Origin: Raja brachyura
Lineage: Eukaryota
DNA length: 64,000 nt
NCBI GenBank assembly: GCA_963514005.1
Contig: OY740785.1
Span: 79,856,001 to 79,920,000, forward strand
Direction: 5' to 3'
Part shown: in pieces, positions 48,425 through 60,448 of the stretch
Layout: every line of letters begins with the position of its first letter
Position numbering within the stretch: position 1 is the stretch's first letter
The notes under the pieces: generated by a model
What the model was told of the DNA's origin: nothing
Seen by the model: the letters and a program-made list of their open reading frames with translations, nothing else
Databases searched by the model: none
Position numbers and translations under genes: made by a program

Positions 48425-48755
48425 GGGCAGCACTGTGGTGCAACCGGTAAAGCTGCTGCCTCACAGTGCCAGAGACAGATTCGATCGTGACCTTGGATGC
48501 TGTCTGTGTGGAGTTTGCACATTCTAGCTGTGACCCCATGGATTTCCTCCGGATGTTCCGGTTTCTTCCCACATTCTTCCCACATTCCATGGATGTGCTA
48601 GTTTGTAGATTAATTGCCCTCTGCACAATTGCCCCCAGTGTATAGAGACTCATTTCTGTTTAGTTTAGTTTAGAGATACAGCATGTCCGCACCAACCATC
48701 AGTCAATCATTCACACTAGTTCTGTTATTCCACTTTCTCATCCACGCCCTACACT
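48425..48755. mobile_element. Two partial SINEs in opposite orientation (48425-48645 +, 48658-48755 -)
   Basis: SINE head and body on the plus strand, then a tttagtttag tail of a minus copy. Confidence 0.75.
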
Positions 48756-48979
48756 TATCAGCTGCCTGAACCTGGCAACTGGCTTCAGGTATTTTATTTA
48801 ACTTGTCATTGTGTATCTCAATCATTGCTATCTTAACTACCACCCTAGCCCTCTTAAATCATCTCACTCACCTATTTTTGCTGTTCATCTCTTTCGGACA
48901 TATTTCCAATGATTGACTCAAGTTACCTCACTCCATTGTTGATGTCATTAAATTCCACCATGGATATTTCTCAGCCATA

Positions 48980-50140
48980 GGGGAGCACAGTGAGTTGCTG
49001 CCTTACAGCGTCAGAGACCCGTGTTTGATCCTGATTATGGGTCCTATCTGTATTGGGTTCCTACATTCTCCCTGTGACCGCGTGGGTTTTCTCCGGTTGC
49101 TCCAGCTTCCTCCCACATCCCAAAGATATACATGTTTGTAGGTTAATAGGCTTTAGTGACATTTAGTGACAAGTGGGAGTGGCAGCGCTGCCCTGGCAGC
49201 AACGGCTCGCCTGCAGTCTGTCTGTTTTTCTTTTTTTTGTTGTTGTTTTCTTGTCTTGTTTTAGTGTGTTAATTTGAGTTATTATGTAGTGTATGTGTGT
49301 GGGAGGGGTGGGAGAAACGTTTTAGTCCCTTCCTTTTGGGGGGGACGCAACTTTTTCTTGTCGTATCCCCCGTCTCCGTCTGTGCTGAGGCCTAATGGTG
49401 GACCTGACAGCCTCCAACTGCCACCGACCTCGAAGCTCCGGAGACAGAGCCAGCCAGGATTTACCAGCACGAGGCTGGCCGACTTCGGGGCTGCGGCGGG
49501 TTCAGGCATTCAGGCGTTCCAGCAGCCCAACTCAGAGCTGTGGCGGCTTTCCGGTGGCGGTGGCGGCGGCAGCGACTTCGGAAGTTCGGCTGCGGGTCCA
49601 GTGGATGACATCGTCGGGAGCTCGCAGGTCACAGGTTGGTGACCTGTTTTTACGGAGCTCCCGCGGCAACAGCTGCATCCGCTGGCCTGGAGGGCGGCAG
49701 CTTCGGCAGCTTCGACCGCCCTGGGCCGCGGAGTAGAACCGGCCCGTTTGCGGAGCGCGGTTCAGCCACGAGACTTATTTACATCACCCGGTGCGGTCAC
49801 AACATCGGAGGCCTGGGTCACCTCAGCACAGAGGAGGAGGAAGAACAAGAAGGGAAGAGACAAAGACAAGATTTATGCCTTCCATCACAGTGAGGAGGTG
49901 TCTGGTGAACTCACTGTGGTGGTTGTTAAATATGTGTTTATTGTGTGTTTTGTTATTTGCTATATGTATGACTGCAGGCAACAAACGTTTGTTTGGACCA
50001 CAAGGTCTGAATGACAATAAAGTTTTCCATGATTTTTAAATTGTTCCCAGTGTTGGGGATAATGTTATTGTACAGGGTGATCGCTGGTTGGCGTGAACCC
50101 GGTGGTCCGAAGGGCCTGTTTCTGCTCAGTATTTCTAAAA
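48980..50140 (+). mobile_element. SINE split by an ~860-bp insertion
   Basis: SINE body ends ...ggttaataggcttt at ~49155 and resumes taaattgttcccagtgt at ~50037. Confidence 0.78.
49170..50025 (+). mobile_element. GC-rich non-autonomous retroposon with Rex/L2-type 3' end
   Basis: CpG-rich body without a credible ORF, ending caaggtctgaatgacaataaag; interrupts a SINE. Confidence 0.6.
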
Positions 50141-50523
50141 TCTATTTTAACAGAGATGCTGTTTCAGATATTGAAGAAGCAGTTATTCAACTTCTGAATA
50201 CAGATGTTGTAGTTTGATCTTCACTGGCTGCTCCAGACTCTGAAGCTGAATACTCCAGAGACAGATTGCGCATCTTAAGTGCTCAAGGCAGTGACTGGCG
50301 ACTCATTTGCAGATCAATGAGATTGTTGAACACAACAAGCTCCATTAAAGTGAATTTTGGACAATAAAATATACTTGAGCAGAATATCGGCAGTGCAGTT
50401 GTCACAGTTTAAGCTCTTGGTAAATCATAGAGGTAAAGACTAACCTGCAGGGCAGAACAATTGGGCTGATACTGGAAGCTTCACCAATTGTCCTGCAGGC
50501 AAACCAGTTTTGACTTTTAAGGA

Positions 50524-50740
50524 AGGGCCTGTCCCACTTAGGCTATTTTTAGGCGACTGCCGGCGACTGTCATAGTCATAGCATGTCAGCACTAGCGACA
50601 ACCTACGTCACCTGGCGACAATGTACGTGAACCTGGCGACAACTCCAACAGCACCTAGAAGTCAAGGTACGCTCATTGATGTCAAATCCACTGTCGCCGA
50701 CTGTCTCCGAAGATTTTTCAAAAGGTTGAAAACCTAGCGG
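50524..50740. mobile_element. Truncated Harbinger-type MITE (one TIR)
   Basis: agggcctgtcccactt, the same TIR as at 19871; subterminal cctggcgacaa repeats. Confidence 0.7.
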
Positions 50741-51310
50741 TTTATACCCAAGAGACACTCATTTAACAATTTGAGATGGCTGTTTAATATAATCTACTCA
50801 CACAAAACTGAAGAAAAAGACTTAGCAATTATTTCATTGGATGCAGAAAAAACTTTTGATCAAGTAGAATGGCAATATTTATTCAAAGTATTGCAAAAAT
50901 TTAATATGGGAGATAATTTTATCTCATGGGTAAAATTATTATACGACAAGCCGATGGCTAGAATACTGACTAATAATATATTATCACCAAAATTCCAATG
51001 ATCACGGGGCAATAGACAGGGGTGTGCATTATCACCCCTGCTATTTGCATTAGTGATAGAGCCTTCAGCAGAAAGTATAAGAAGTCATCCGAATATTCAT
51101 GGATATAATACCAAACACTCAAATAATAAAATTTCATTATATGCAGACAACATATTATTATATATTCCAAATTCGCAAATTAGCATACCAAATATACTAA
51201 ATTTAATAGAGGAATTTGGTTGCTTTTCAGGATATCGAATAAACTGGAACAAAAGCAAAATTATAACGATAAAACCTCAAGAGCTGACACATCTGTTGAA
51301 ATTCCCTTTT
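50740..51310 (+). mobile_element. L1 RT fragment
   Basis: ISLDAEKTFDQVEW, RQGCALSPLLF, ISLYADNILLY, SGYRINWNKS. Confidence 0.9.
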
Positions 51311-52454
51311 AGGCAAATTATTAAAAATTTTGGCCAATGTGAAATACATTATTGAAATTGGTGAAGTGACCAGCTGATTGAGGAACTAATAAACATCAAA
51401 TGTAGTTTTATTTCTGGGTTGGTAGCTCCACTGCTCCCAAGAATATAGATGCAGGTCTGTAGGCACAAGGTGGAATTCCAGGAGGCTCAACAACTCACTG
51501 ATAGCTTGTGTGCCTCCTTCAGCACTGATAATGCCATCAACGGCTCAAATGCACAAAGCCTCACCCCAGTGAGAGACAGGAACTGGCGTGAACTAGTCAG
51601 AGGCAGAGAAGCAGTTGCTGGAAGGAACCACTGAAGATCTCCTTAATCACAAAGAGCACCCTGACAGGAGCATCCTCATCTCCATCCCACAGCCACCTAT
51701 CCAGGCCAGTGTTTAGAAGTGGTAGAGGTGTATACGATGTTTAAAATACATTTGGACAGTTTTGTGGATAGGATAATTTATAATTTATAGAGGTATGGAC
51801 CAAATGCAGGCAAGTGGGACCAGCTCAGGTAGGCCCCATGACCGGCATGGATTGGATAGGCCAACGGGCCTGTGTGTGTGCCATATAACTCTATGACTAT
51901 CACACTTGGCTGATAAAAAGACGATAATGTCATACCCCAACTAAAACCTCAGAAAGATTCAAGAGCATACTCTGTCTCAGCTGAAGTATTAAGGTGACAA
52001 TGCACTATATCTCAAAACTAAGTAGAGAATCTGTCAGAAACTCACAATTTCCTGATCTGGGAAGAGGAGAATATACCAGGGAACTCAGAAAGGCCATATC
52101 AGGATTATCTGCAAGAGAGGAGACAAATCCAACTGTGGTAACGACAGAAGATCCTTTGCTGCCTACCACAGGGAAAATCATCATTAAGCTCTTTCTGAAC
52201 TGACTCCTCCCAGTGACCATCCATCTACAAACAAAGCAAGCATGAATCTCACTGTGAGACAATCCAAGAAAGATTAAACTCGTCCAACTCGTCCGAAAGA
52301 TCCATCTCAGCCCAAGAAGCTCGACACTTCTCCTCCAACAAATCTCCTGCAGGAGTAAAGCTAATCCACTGGGAAGTTGGTTAACCTATGATGACCATGC
52401 TCCAACAACAGGGAGGACTTCAGTAGTCGAGCAGTAGAATGCAAATGTCACTGT

Positions 52455-52535
52455 CCGTGCACACTTGGAGGCTGATCTCCAAGCCATCGTAACTCTTTCT
52501 ATGAAGTAAATGACAGCATGGTCCCTGCACTGAAA
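52455..52535 (+). mobile_element. Probable RTE-clade RT remnant (surrounding 51430-52450 may be related)
   Basis: gcacacttggaggctgatctccaagccatcgta translates to AHLEADLQAIV, resembling the post-YADD RTE segment. Confidence 0.4.
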
Positions 52536-52539
52536 AGCA

Positions 52540-52815
52540 TGCAGTTACACATTCACTGTGATCACATGGGTTTCTTCTGGGTTCCTGTTTTCCACAAACC
52601 TCCTGCAGCCATGCAGGTCTGTGGGTTAATTGGCCAGTGTAAGGTGCCCCTAGTGTGTAGGTGAGTGATATAATCTGGATGTTGTTGATGAAAAGGCGGG
52701 GTGAATAAAATGGGTCAGAGTTTGTTGAATGTCATTATGGATGTTTGTTAGTTAACATGTACTCAGTGGCTGAAGGACCTGTTTCAGAGTTATATTTCCC
52801 TATGGCTCTGTGACT
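52540..52815 (+). mobile_element. Old SINE fragment
   Basis: ggttaattggccagtgtaa...gcccctagtgtgtagg body and gaaggacctgtttc tail. Confidence 0.65.
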
Positions 52816-53404
52816 GTTTAGTGGGAAGTGCAAACTAGTGCAGATTTCTGTGCATTTGTGCTGACACATCTGCCTCTTCATTTAACACCAAGTTAACCTA
52901 GTGGAAGTCCAAGAGATGCATTGATTTCAAAGGGAAGAAATAACTGCAGACAGTAATTTATTGATTTGGTTGAGATTTATTAAATTGATGTTGATTCTTG
53001 TGTTTTTAGCACTCTAGGTCTTTTTCACACGATTAATTATTTTAATCAGTTTTCATAATATGTTATTCTTTGGTGCACTTGGATTATTTTGAAAGGTAGT
53101 CAAAGACAGAGAATTGTGGAGAGAGGCAGACAAGGCAATTCTTAGGATTAGGAGGGAGAGATAGATTAGCCATGATTGAATGGCGGAGTAGACTTAATGG
53201 GCCGAATGACTTAATACTACTCGTACTCCTTATGACCTCCGGCAAAAGTCTGCCCATCTCAGCCCAAGAAGCTCGACACTGCCCTGGACCTGGACCTGCC
53301 AAATCTGCCCTGAGCCAACCTCCAAGAAGCATATTGTACCTGAAGACCAACCACAAATAAAAACGGGGTTCGAGGGCAGGCAGGTAAAGTCAAGTACCTA
53401 ATTA

Positions 53405-53503
53405 AGTCTGATGTATGGTCTCGACCCGAAACATCTACTATTCATTTTCTCTCAAGATGTTGCCTCACCTGCTGAGTTACTCCAGCACTTTGTGTCTATC
53501 TTC
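53405..53503 (+). mobile_element. Penelope-derived hammerhead repeat
   Basis: agtCTGATGtatggtctcgacccGAAACatc...gctgagttactccagcactttgtgtctatcttc. Confidence 0.75.
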
Positions 53504-53864
53504 TACCTAATTGATCAACTGGATAACTAGCTTAAATATCCCAATAACAGACTTTTACTTTAAAAAAATTGCCTTTTGGAAGTGTGAGAATTAAACAAAC
53601 TCATTCTTCAGAAGTGCCATGGCTTCACGCAAGTTGAGACTTTCTTGTAACTTTTAGCTGTGCTTCCTGACCACTTTCCCATTCAGTGATCCATCTTCTG
53701 AGTCCACAGTGCTTTATCTAGTGTAATGTAGTCTGGTCTCGTCATGATGTGCATGAACTGTGGAATGATATTGGGAAAACTTTAATTAACCCATATCTAA
53801 TGGGATAACATTAGAATAGAGGGGAAATAATATGTTCAACTTTGTTTGGGAGCATTAGGGTTAT

Positions 53865-54105
53865 AAGTTCATACCTTCATAAGTCATAGGAGCAGAATTA
53901 AGCCCTTGGGCCAATGAAGTCTACTCCGCCATTCAATCATGGCTGACCTATCCTTCCCTCTCAATTCCATTCTCCTGCCTTCTCCCGATAACCTTTGACA
54001 CGCTTACTAATCAAGACTGTCAATCTCCTCTTTAAAAATACCCAATGACTTGGCCTCCACAGCCGTCTGTTGCAATTAATTTCACAGATTCACCTTCTGA
54101 CTAAA
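53865..54105 (-). mobile_element. CR1 3' fragment
   Basis: cataagtcataggagcagaattaag...cattcaatcatggctga. Confidence 0.8.
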
Positions 54106-54399
54106 GGGTATATCTGTAGGATTTCAGCTCAATATTGGATCTTGTTTTGGGGAATAAGATGGACTAAGTGGACCAGGTATTGGTGGGAGAGCATTTAAGG
54201 AAGATAAATCATGGCATTATTAGTTATAGATCAGTAACCAAGAGGGACATGGACTGATATTAAGAAGGCTTTCTTTACTGGTGGAGTGATATTAATGGTA
54301 TCATGAGTGATCTGGCCCAGGGCAAAATAATTCACAAATAAAAGATTAACTTTAAAGAGCAGATGTTTCAGGTATCAGCTGGGTGTGTTGCCACAAGAG

Positions 54400-54690
54400 A
54401 GAAAGAAATGGGAACTGAAGTGGAGAGTAGTAGACAGGAGTCAGTGCTGGGACCTTTGCTGTTTCTGATACAAATTCATGAAAATACCTTGTATCCTCAT
54501 ACAAGGTAACATTTCAAAATCTGCAAACGACACAGAACATGGAATGAGGAGAATAGTGATAGACTGCAAGAAGACATAGATAGTCTGTCAGATGGATAAA
54601 TGACATTTAGTGCAGAAAAATGTGAAGCAATGCATTTTACAGAAAGAATGAAGAGAGCCAATATAGACAATGGCACAAGTGTTGGTTGAA
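54400..54690 (+). mobile_element. Decayed CR1 RT fragment
   Basis: caggagtcagtgctgggacct...tttcaaaatctgcaaacgacaca...aaatgtgaagcaatgcatttt. Confidence 0.65.
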
Positions 54691-54697
54691 GCAGCGA

Positions 54698-56992
54698 TGT
54701 ACTGAAAAAATACTCGTTAACCGTTCCTCGCAGTTTATGTAGTGGCAATTTGGCTTGTTTTGTATGTTATTGATTATGGCATGTGTCTTTAAATTTTAGA
54801 CTTCCCGTTATAGTGTGGGTGGGATTTATAACGTATTTTAGGGCGTGTTTGGAGCTAAGTTTCTTGCGCAGAAGCTTAGTTTTTAGTTTATTTTTGGACC
54901 AGCATGAGAAAGACATACCCTTTCACCATGCGAAGTGTAACGGAGACACGAGGAGTTTTCTAACGTTTAATGCAATAAGCTGGAGTTCGATGAAGATTAT
55001 AGTGTACGAGTCAGAAGAGTAAAATCGAGTAAAATTGACAATTAATTCTTTGAATTTTGAAGCTGCAAAGCTTTAATTTTAAACGGCTTCTGTAGGAAGA
55101 GCCAGAAAGTCACTAGCTTGGAAGATAGCATAAAAGTGTTTTTCCACTGTCTGGAGATTCCTTGGATTGTTTTGAAGTCATGATAACACGAATTCCTTTC
55201 GAACTATCGTCAGCTTTAAGCCGATGGATGTTTGAGAGATGTTGTCCACAATATCAGTTTGTTATTGTTTTGAGAAAATAGTTTTCAAAATAGCCACTCG
55301 ATATTTACACAAAGTTGGAGCAGAATTCAGAGAAGACTTAGTTCGTTCAATTTAAAGACTTGGCAATCTGCCAAGACCTCTTTAAAATCATGGAAGCAGA
55401 AGATGGAGAAAGAGCCCAGCCAGAGAAACAACAAGTTAATGAGTCAATTGAAAGCTACAGAAATCTACAGAGAAGAAACAGTTAATACACATGTTGCCTA
55501 CCTGAAAGAAATCGAGAAGGAGAGAAACAAGTTATGGAAACAAGTTACTAGATTAATTGAGAATCCGAAGAAACTAATGGAATCGACTAAGAATCCAATC
55601 AAAGTGAAATCTAATATGGGCCAACTGTGGAGCCTCTGCCATGAGGTTGGAAAGAAACATAATGCACTGATGGATTCAGAGCCATCTCTAGAAGAATGCA
55701 TAAGACACATCCAGTGGTGGGAAGACAAGGTGAAGATATTCAATGGTTTCATGGATAAGGCAGAGGAGTGGTTAACTGAAATTACACCATAACGTACGCG
55801 CTTAACAGCTGGAGGTGCGATGCAACCAGGTGCCAGAATGGAAGATGAAATTACACTACGAGATAATATCTCGAAAGTATCTACACAAAGATCAAGACAT
55901 AGATCTGGTTCTACAACCAGTTCGGTATCAAGGGTTTCTGCTCGACTGGGAGTTGAAGCTGATTTAGCCGTTCTCTCAATAGAAGCGGATGCCTTGAAGA
56001 TGAAACGCGAGATTGAGCAAGAAGAAGAAGAGATGAGGCTAGAAGAAGAACAGATGAGATGAAAAAAGGAAGAGATGACTCGACAGCAGGAGCAGCTGAG
56101 GTGACGAATGGAACAACTGGAACAAAACACAAAGATGGCCAAAGCAAAGAAGGAGATATTGGAAAGAAAAGGTTCAAGATGCAGCTCTAGATCAACGAAG
56201 ATGATGAGCTCTGGACCAAGGGGAAAAACTGCTCCAAGTGAGTCTGCAGTTGGATCAATTCCACTATTGAGGTCCACCGGATTTCATGGCTTTGAAAACC
56301 CATTGGAACAGAGTAAGATGGGTAAAACTGCTTCTCAGCAAATGAGTGCTAGATGGAAACAAACTACTAATGGAGCGTCTGCAGATGCTAGGGACAAATC
56401 AATAGCAGACCACGCTTTTCCGAGGCCTGATGCACAGGCTCGAGCAAGCCAGTTTGAGCCAAGGCCTGTCTGTCGTTTGTTGGAGCCAAGCCAAGGTTAT
56501 CAGGATGGATTATTGGCATTGGTGCAAAGGCAAGCTGAATTCAACCAGATCATAGCCAAAATACCTCTCTCACTACCACCAGCAGAAATTCCTACATATG
56601 ATGGAGATCCTTTGCGGTATGAAGCTTTTGTAAGGGCATTAGAAGAAGTATTAGAAATTAAAGTTACGGATGAAAAGGAGCGCTTACGATTTCTGGTGAA
56701 GTACATAAGCGGAGATGTATGCAAACACAACCAGACCTGTGGAAAAGCCAGATAGAATGAAAGGAAATGTATCTACTAGCAAGCAAATAGTATTTTGTTT
56801 GTTATGTGATGAAGTTGGTCAAACCATAAGATGGTGTCTAAGATTCAAGATGAAAGAATATGAAGAAAAGATGGATTTCTTGAAAGAGAAGGGAATGTGT
56901 TTTGGATGTTTGTAAAAAGGACATATGGTGAGAGTCCTATAATTTGTTATAAGTGCAGGCAATATCGTCCTGAAGCACTCCGCACTGATAGG
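54698..56992 (+). mobile_element. BEL/Pao LTR retrotransposon 5' part (putative LTR ~54698-55277 plus decayed gag)
   Basis: TG start. Gag pieces: SSVSRVSARLGVEADLAVL..., LSLPPAEIPTYDGDPLRYEAF...ERLRFLVKYISG (DUF1759-like), and Cys-rich CLLC...KGMCFGCL*KGH. The LTR end is uncertain. Confidence 0.8.
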
Positions 56993-57192
56993 TGTAAAGA
57001 ACAGGCACGTACACAAGGAATTCTTTACTATAGTTTTTATTACCTACACACACATCACTGCCCTAGCTGTACATGGTCTGTCACGTTCACTAGAGAGCGA
57101 GCTAGGTATCGGGAGGACACAGATATACTTGATTATAGGGGAGTGGTTAGCAGGGGCTACGTCACTACTATTAAAGGGACATGCACATAACA
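56993..57192 (-). repeat. Gypsy 3' LTR (200 bp)
   Basis: TGT...ACA termini, preceded on the minus strand by the polypurine tract agaggaaggatgtaga (57193-57208). Confidence 0.82.
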
Positions 57193-57292
57193 TCTACATC
57201 CTTCCTCTACAAAAGAAAGAAAAGTGACAGACGACCATGTCTCATGCGCTAGGGGAAGTTACACAACAGAGAAGCAACAAAGCAACACCAAA

Positions 57293-60247
57293 TTATACAT
57301 ACTCGCCATAATGGTCAGGTGGCTGCACAAGACGGCCAGAACGAGTCCACATCCCGCTAGCACCCCCTCCCCCCACGGGAACGAGAGGGACCGGCGCAGG
57401 TGGGGAAAACCTAGCAGGAGAGTCGCGGGGCAGGGAACGCAGCGGCGACGAGGGAGAGGAGGGGGGCGAGACGGCCGAAGAGACAGGGACAGCCACGAGA
57501 AGAACCACCGGGAGAGGCCGAGGGGACGGAGGACTGGGTAAGGCAGGAGGCGGCAGCGAGGACATGGGGGAAACATGTGGAACAGCAGGAGGGGAACGAG
57601 GCTCATTCACCAGGCGAAGGTGCTGACGTGACCTGCGGTAGACTGTGCCATCGTGGTTAACCAGGTAAGAACGAGGGGACCCGGCAGAACCGACGACAAC
57701 AGCAAGCCCATGATGACCAGAGGAAGAGCGCATACGGACAACCTGGGCAGGAGACAGAGGAGGAAGGACACGGCAGGACCTGTCATGGGATCGTTTCTGG
57801 ATAAACTGCTTGTTAGCAATACGCTCCTGGACCACAGCAGGTTTCAGCACAGAGGGGGCAAGGGTTTGTTGGGCAACCGGGATGGGAGGACGCGTAACGC
57901 GGGACATTAGGCGCTGCGCCGGGGACCCCAGGATATGGTCGCGGGGAATGTTGCAGAGGTTCAGGAGAGCAAGGTAAACGTCCGATCGTGAAAGACGACA
58001 ACGTTCCAGCAATCCCTTAGCACTGCGGACCGCACGCTCAGCCAGGCCGTTGCTCTGCGGGTACTCCGGGCTGCTGGTGTAGTGTCGAAAGTTCCAACGG
58101 TCAGCAAAGTCGTAGAACTCAGCGCTAGTGAACTGGCTGCCGTTGTCCGACTGCAGGCTTGCCGGGGACCCAAAAGTGGCGAAGTGACGTTGCAGCTTCT
58201 CAATGACGGCGGAGGATGACAGAGAGGACAGCTGGTCGACCTCAAACAAGTTCGAGTAGGAATCAACAAGCTCTAGGAAATGCTTGCCGCGCCATTCGAA
58301 AATGTCAGTCGCCAGCGCAGACCAAGGGAGGTCCGGGGCGGGTTGCTGCAAAAGGGGCTGCCGCTGCTGTTGCGGGGCGAGGCTGTTGCACGTAGGGCAG
58401 GACGATACCCTGTCCCGGAAGAAAGTGGCCATATCAGGCCAGTAAAACTGGCTCTGAGCGATGGAAAGAGTGGCTTCGGCCCCGAGATGGCCACGATGAG
58501 CAGTTTCAAAGTATTGTTCTCGTAGAGCTTCCGGCACCACCACCTTGTGGCCCTTCACAATCACTCCATCACGCGGCACCAGCTCGTCACGGACCAGGAA
58601 GTAGGGAGCTGCAGCAGCCGGCAGAGAAGAGCGTCGGTCAGGCCAACCCCGCTGAATGACAGCAGCCAGCTGTTGGAGCGAAGCGTCAGCAGCAGTGTGC
58701 TTAACCAGGGACTTCAACTGGTTGGAAGGCACGAAGTTCACATTCAACACTATCAAATCGGACGCATCATAAGGGTGACGGGTGGTGGATGCAAGTGGCG
58801 CCCGAGACAGCGTGTCTGCGATAAACATGTCCTTGCCTTTACGATACACCACATAGAAGGTAAACCGCTGTAGCTGAAGCATCATCCGCTGGAGCCGGGA
58901 GGAGGCCGCGTGAATCGGCTTACTGAGGATGGTGACCAGAGGCTGGTGGTCCGTCTCAATGGAAAAATGCGTGCCCAGGATATAGTCTTTAAACTTTGAG
59001 CAGGCGAACACAACAGCCAGCAGCTCTTTTTCAATCTGGGCATAGTGCTGTTCGGCAGGAGTCATCGTGCGGGACGCATATGACACTGGCAGTTGTACTC
59101 CATCATGGATCTGCAAGCAGGCGGCGCCCAGGCCAAACTTGGACGCATCGCAGGTGATGACGATGGGACGCTTGAGGTCGAAGTACTTCAGCGTCGGGGT
59201 GCTGATCAACTTGGACTTGAGGACATCGAAGGCATTCTGGTGTTGCGGGAACCAAGCCCAGGCAGTGTCCTTTTTTACCAGGTCTCTCAGGGGAGCGCAC
59301 AATTCACTCAAGTCAGGGATGAACTTCCCCAGGTAGTTGACCATGCCCAGGAAACGCTGGAGGCTTGGCACATCCTCAGGAGCAGGCATCGCAGCTGTCT
59401 TCTGCGGGTCGGCCTTCAGCCCGGACGCTGTGAAAACATGCCCCACGTAAGTGACCTCTGGGACGCGAAACCGGCACTTTTTTGGGTTGAGCTTTAGGTT
59501 GACCTCCCGGGCTCGATCCAGGACTAGCCGGAGGTTGTGGTCATGCTGCACGACATCCTTTCCATACACTAGAATGTCGTCAACAATGATGGCGCACGGG
59601 AGCCCCGCGAACAGCTGTTCCATCGTTCTCTGAAACACCTCACTAGCAGAGTTGATCCCGAACGGCATGCGCAGAAAACGAAACCTCCCGAAAGGCGTGC
59701 CGAATGTCGTCAGGTATGAGGACCGTTCATCTAGTGGTATTTCCAAAACGAACTCTTAGCGTCCAGAACCGAAAACATAGTGGCCGGGCCGACTTGTGCA
59801 GCGACATCTTCGACAGTTCGCATAGGATAATGCGGGCGCTTGATAGCCAAGTTCAAATCCTTTGGGTTGATGCAGATCCGCAGCTCGCTTTTGTCCTTCT
59901 TCGCAGCGACAACCATGGTGGAGACCCACTGAGTTGGCTCGCTCACTTCCGTCAGGATGCCCATGGCCACCATATCACGGAGTGTGGACTCAACTTTGTC
60001 TTTCATCGCGAACGACACTCGGAACGGGGAGGGCGGATGACAGGTTCGATATCCTGATTGAGAGCGATCTTGTAGCTGCAGGGGAGCTTCCCCAGCTTGC
60101 TATCAAAACGGTCTGGGTACTCGATCAGTGGGTCTAGGGGTTGCTGCACCATGCGGATGTCACGATGGAAGTTAACCAACCCAAGGTCCTGACAAGCCTG
60201 AATACCGAGCAGGGGTGCGCATTTGCCGTCCAGTAGGAAGAAAGAAA
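57293..60247 (-). pseudogene. Gypsy pol (RT, RNase H, integrase) with two frameshifts near 59745 and 60020
   Basis: LDAKSSFW, TPFGRFRFLRMPFGI, IIVDDILVYG, TCDASKFGLGA, YAQIEKELLA, ETDHQPL, HRGH...CPTC, SDNGSQF, SNGLAERAV. The 817-aa stretch is open. Confidence 0.92.
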
Positions 60248-60448
60248 GGGGGACTTCCGGTGGCGCCATGTTCTAGGAGAGAACAGCGCCAGACCAGCTC
60301 TTAAAAAATCTGAAAAAAAAACGGGGTTAGAGGAGGCTGCTAACGCTACTTACCGTAGGAGATCGATTTTAAACGGCTCCGGGTGCGATTGTAAGCTGCG
60401 TGACGTCATCAGGCGCGCGACTTTAGCGACTCCGGTAAGAAATTTAAA

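Larger units (their letters stand above)
56993..60247 (-). mobile_element. Ty3/Gypsy LTR retrotransposon, 3' half, interrupted by L1
   Basis: PR-RT-RH-IN order, PPT and LTR. GC-rich sequence stops abruptly at the L1 5' end. Confidence 0.93.

Noticed and set aside
55498-56277. 259-aa minus-strand ORF
   Set aside because: Antisense shadow of the BEL/Pao gag coiled-coil region.
57224-57606. Pro/Arg-rich ORFs after the Gypsy integrase as a possible env or chromodomain
   Set aside because: Low-complexity integrase C-terminal tail (TRSGR..PP); no signal peptide, transmembrane segment or chromodomain motif is recognisable.
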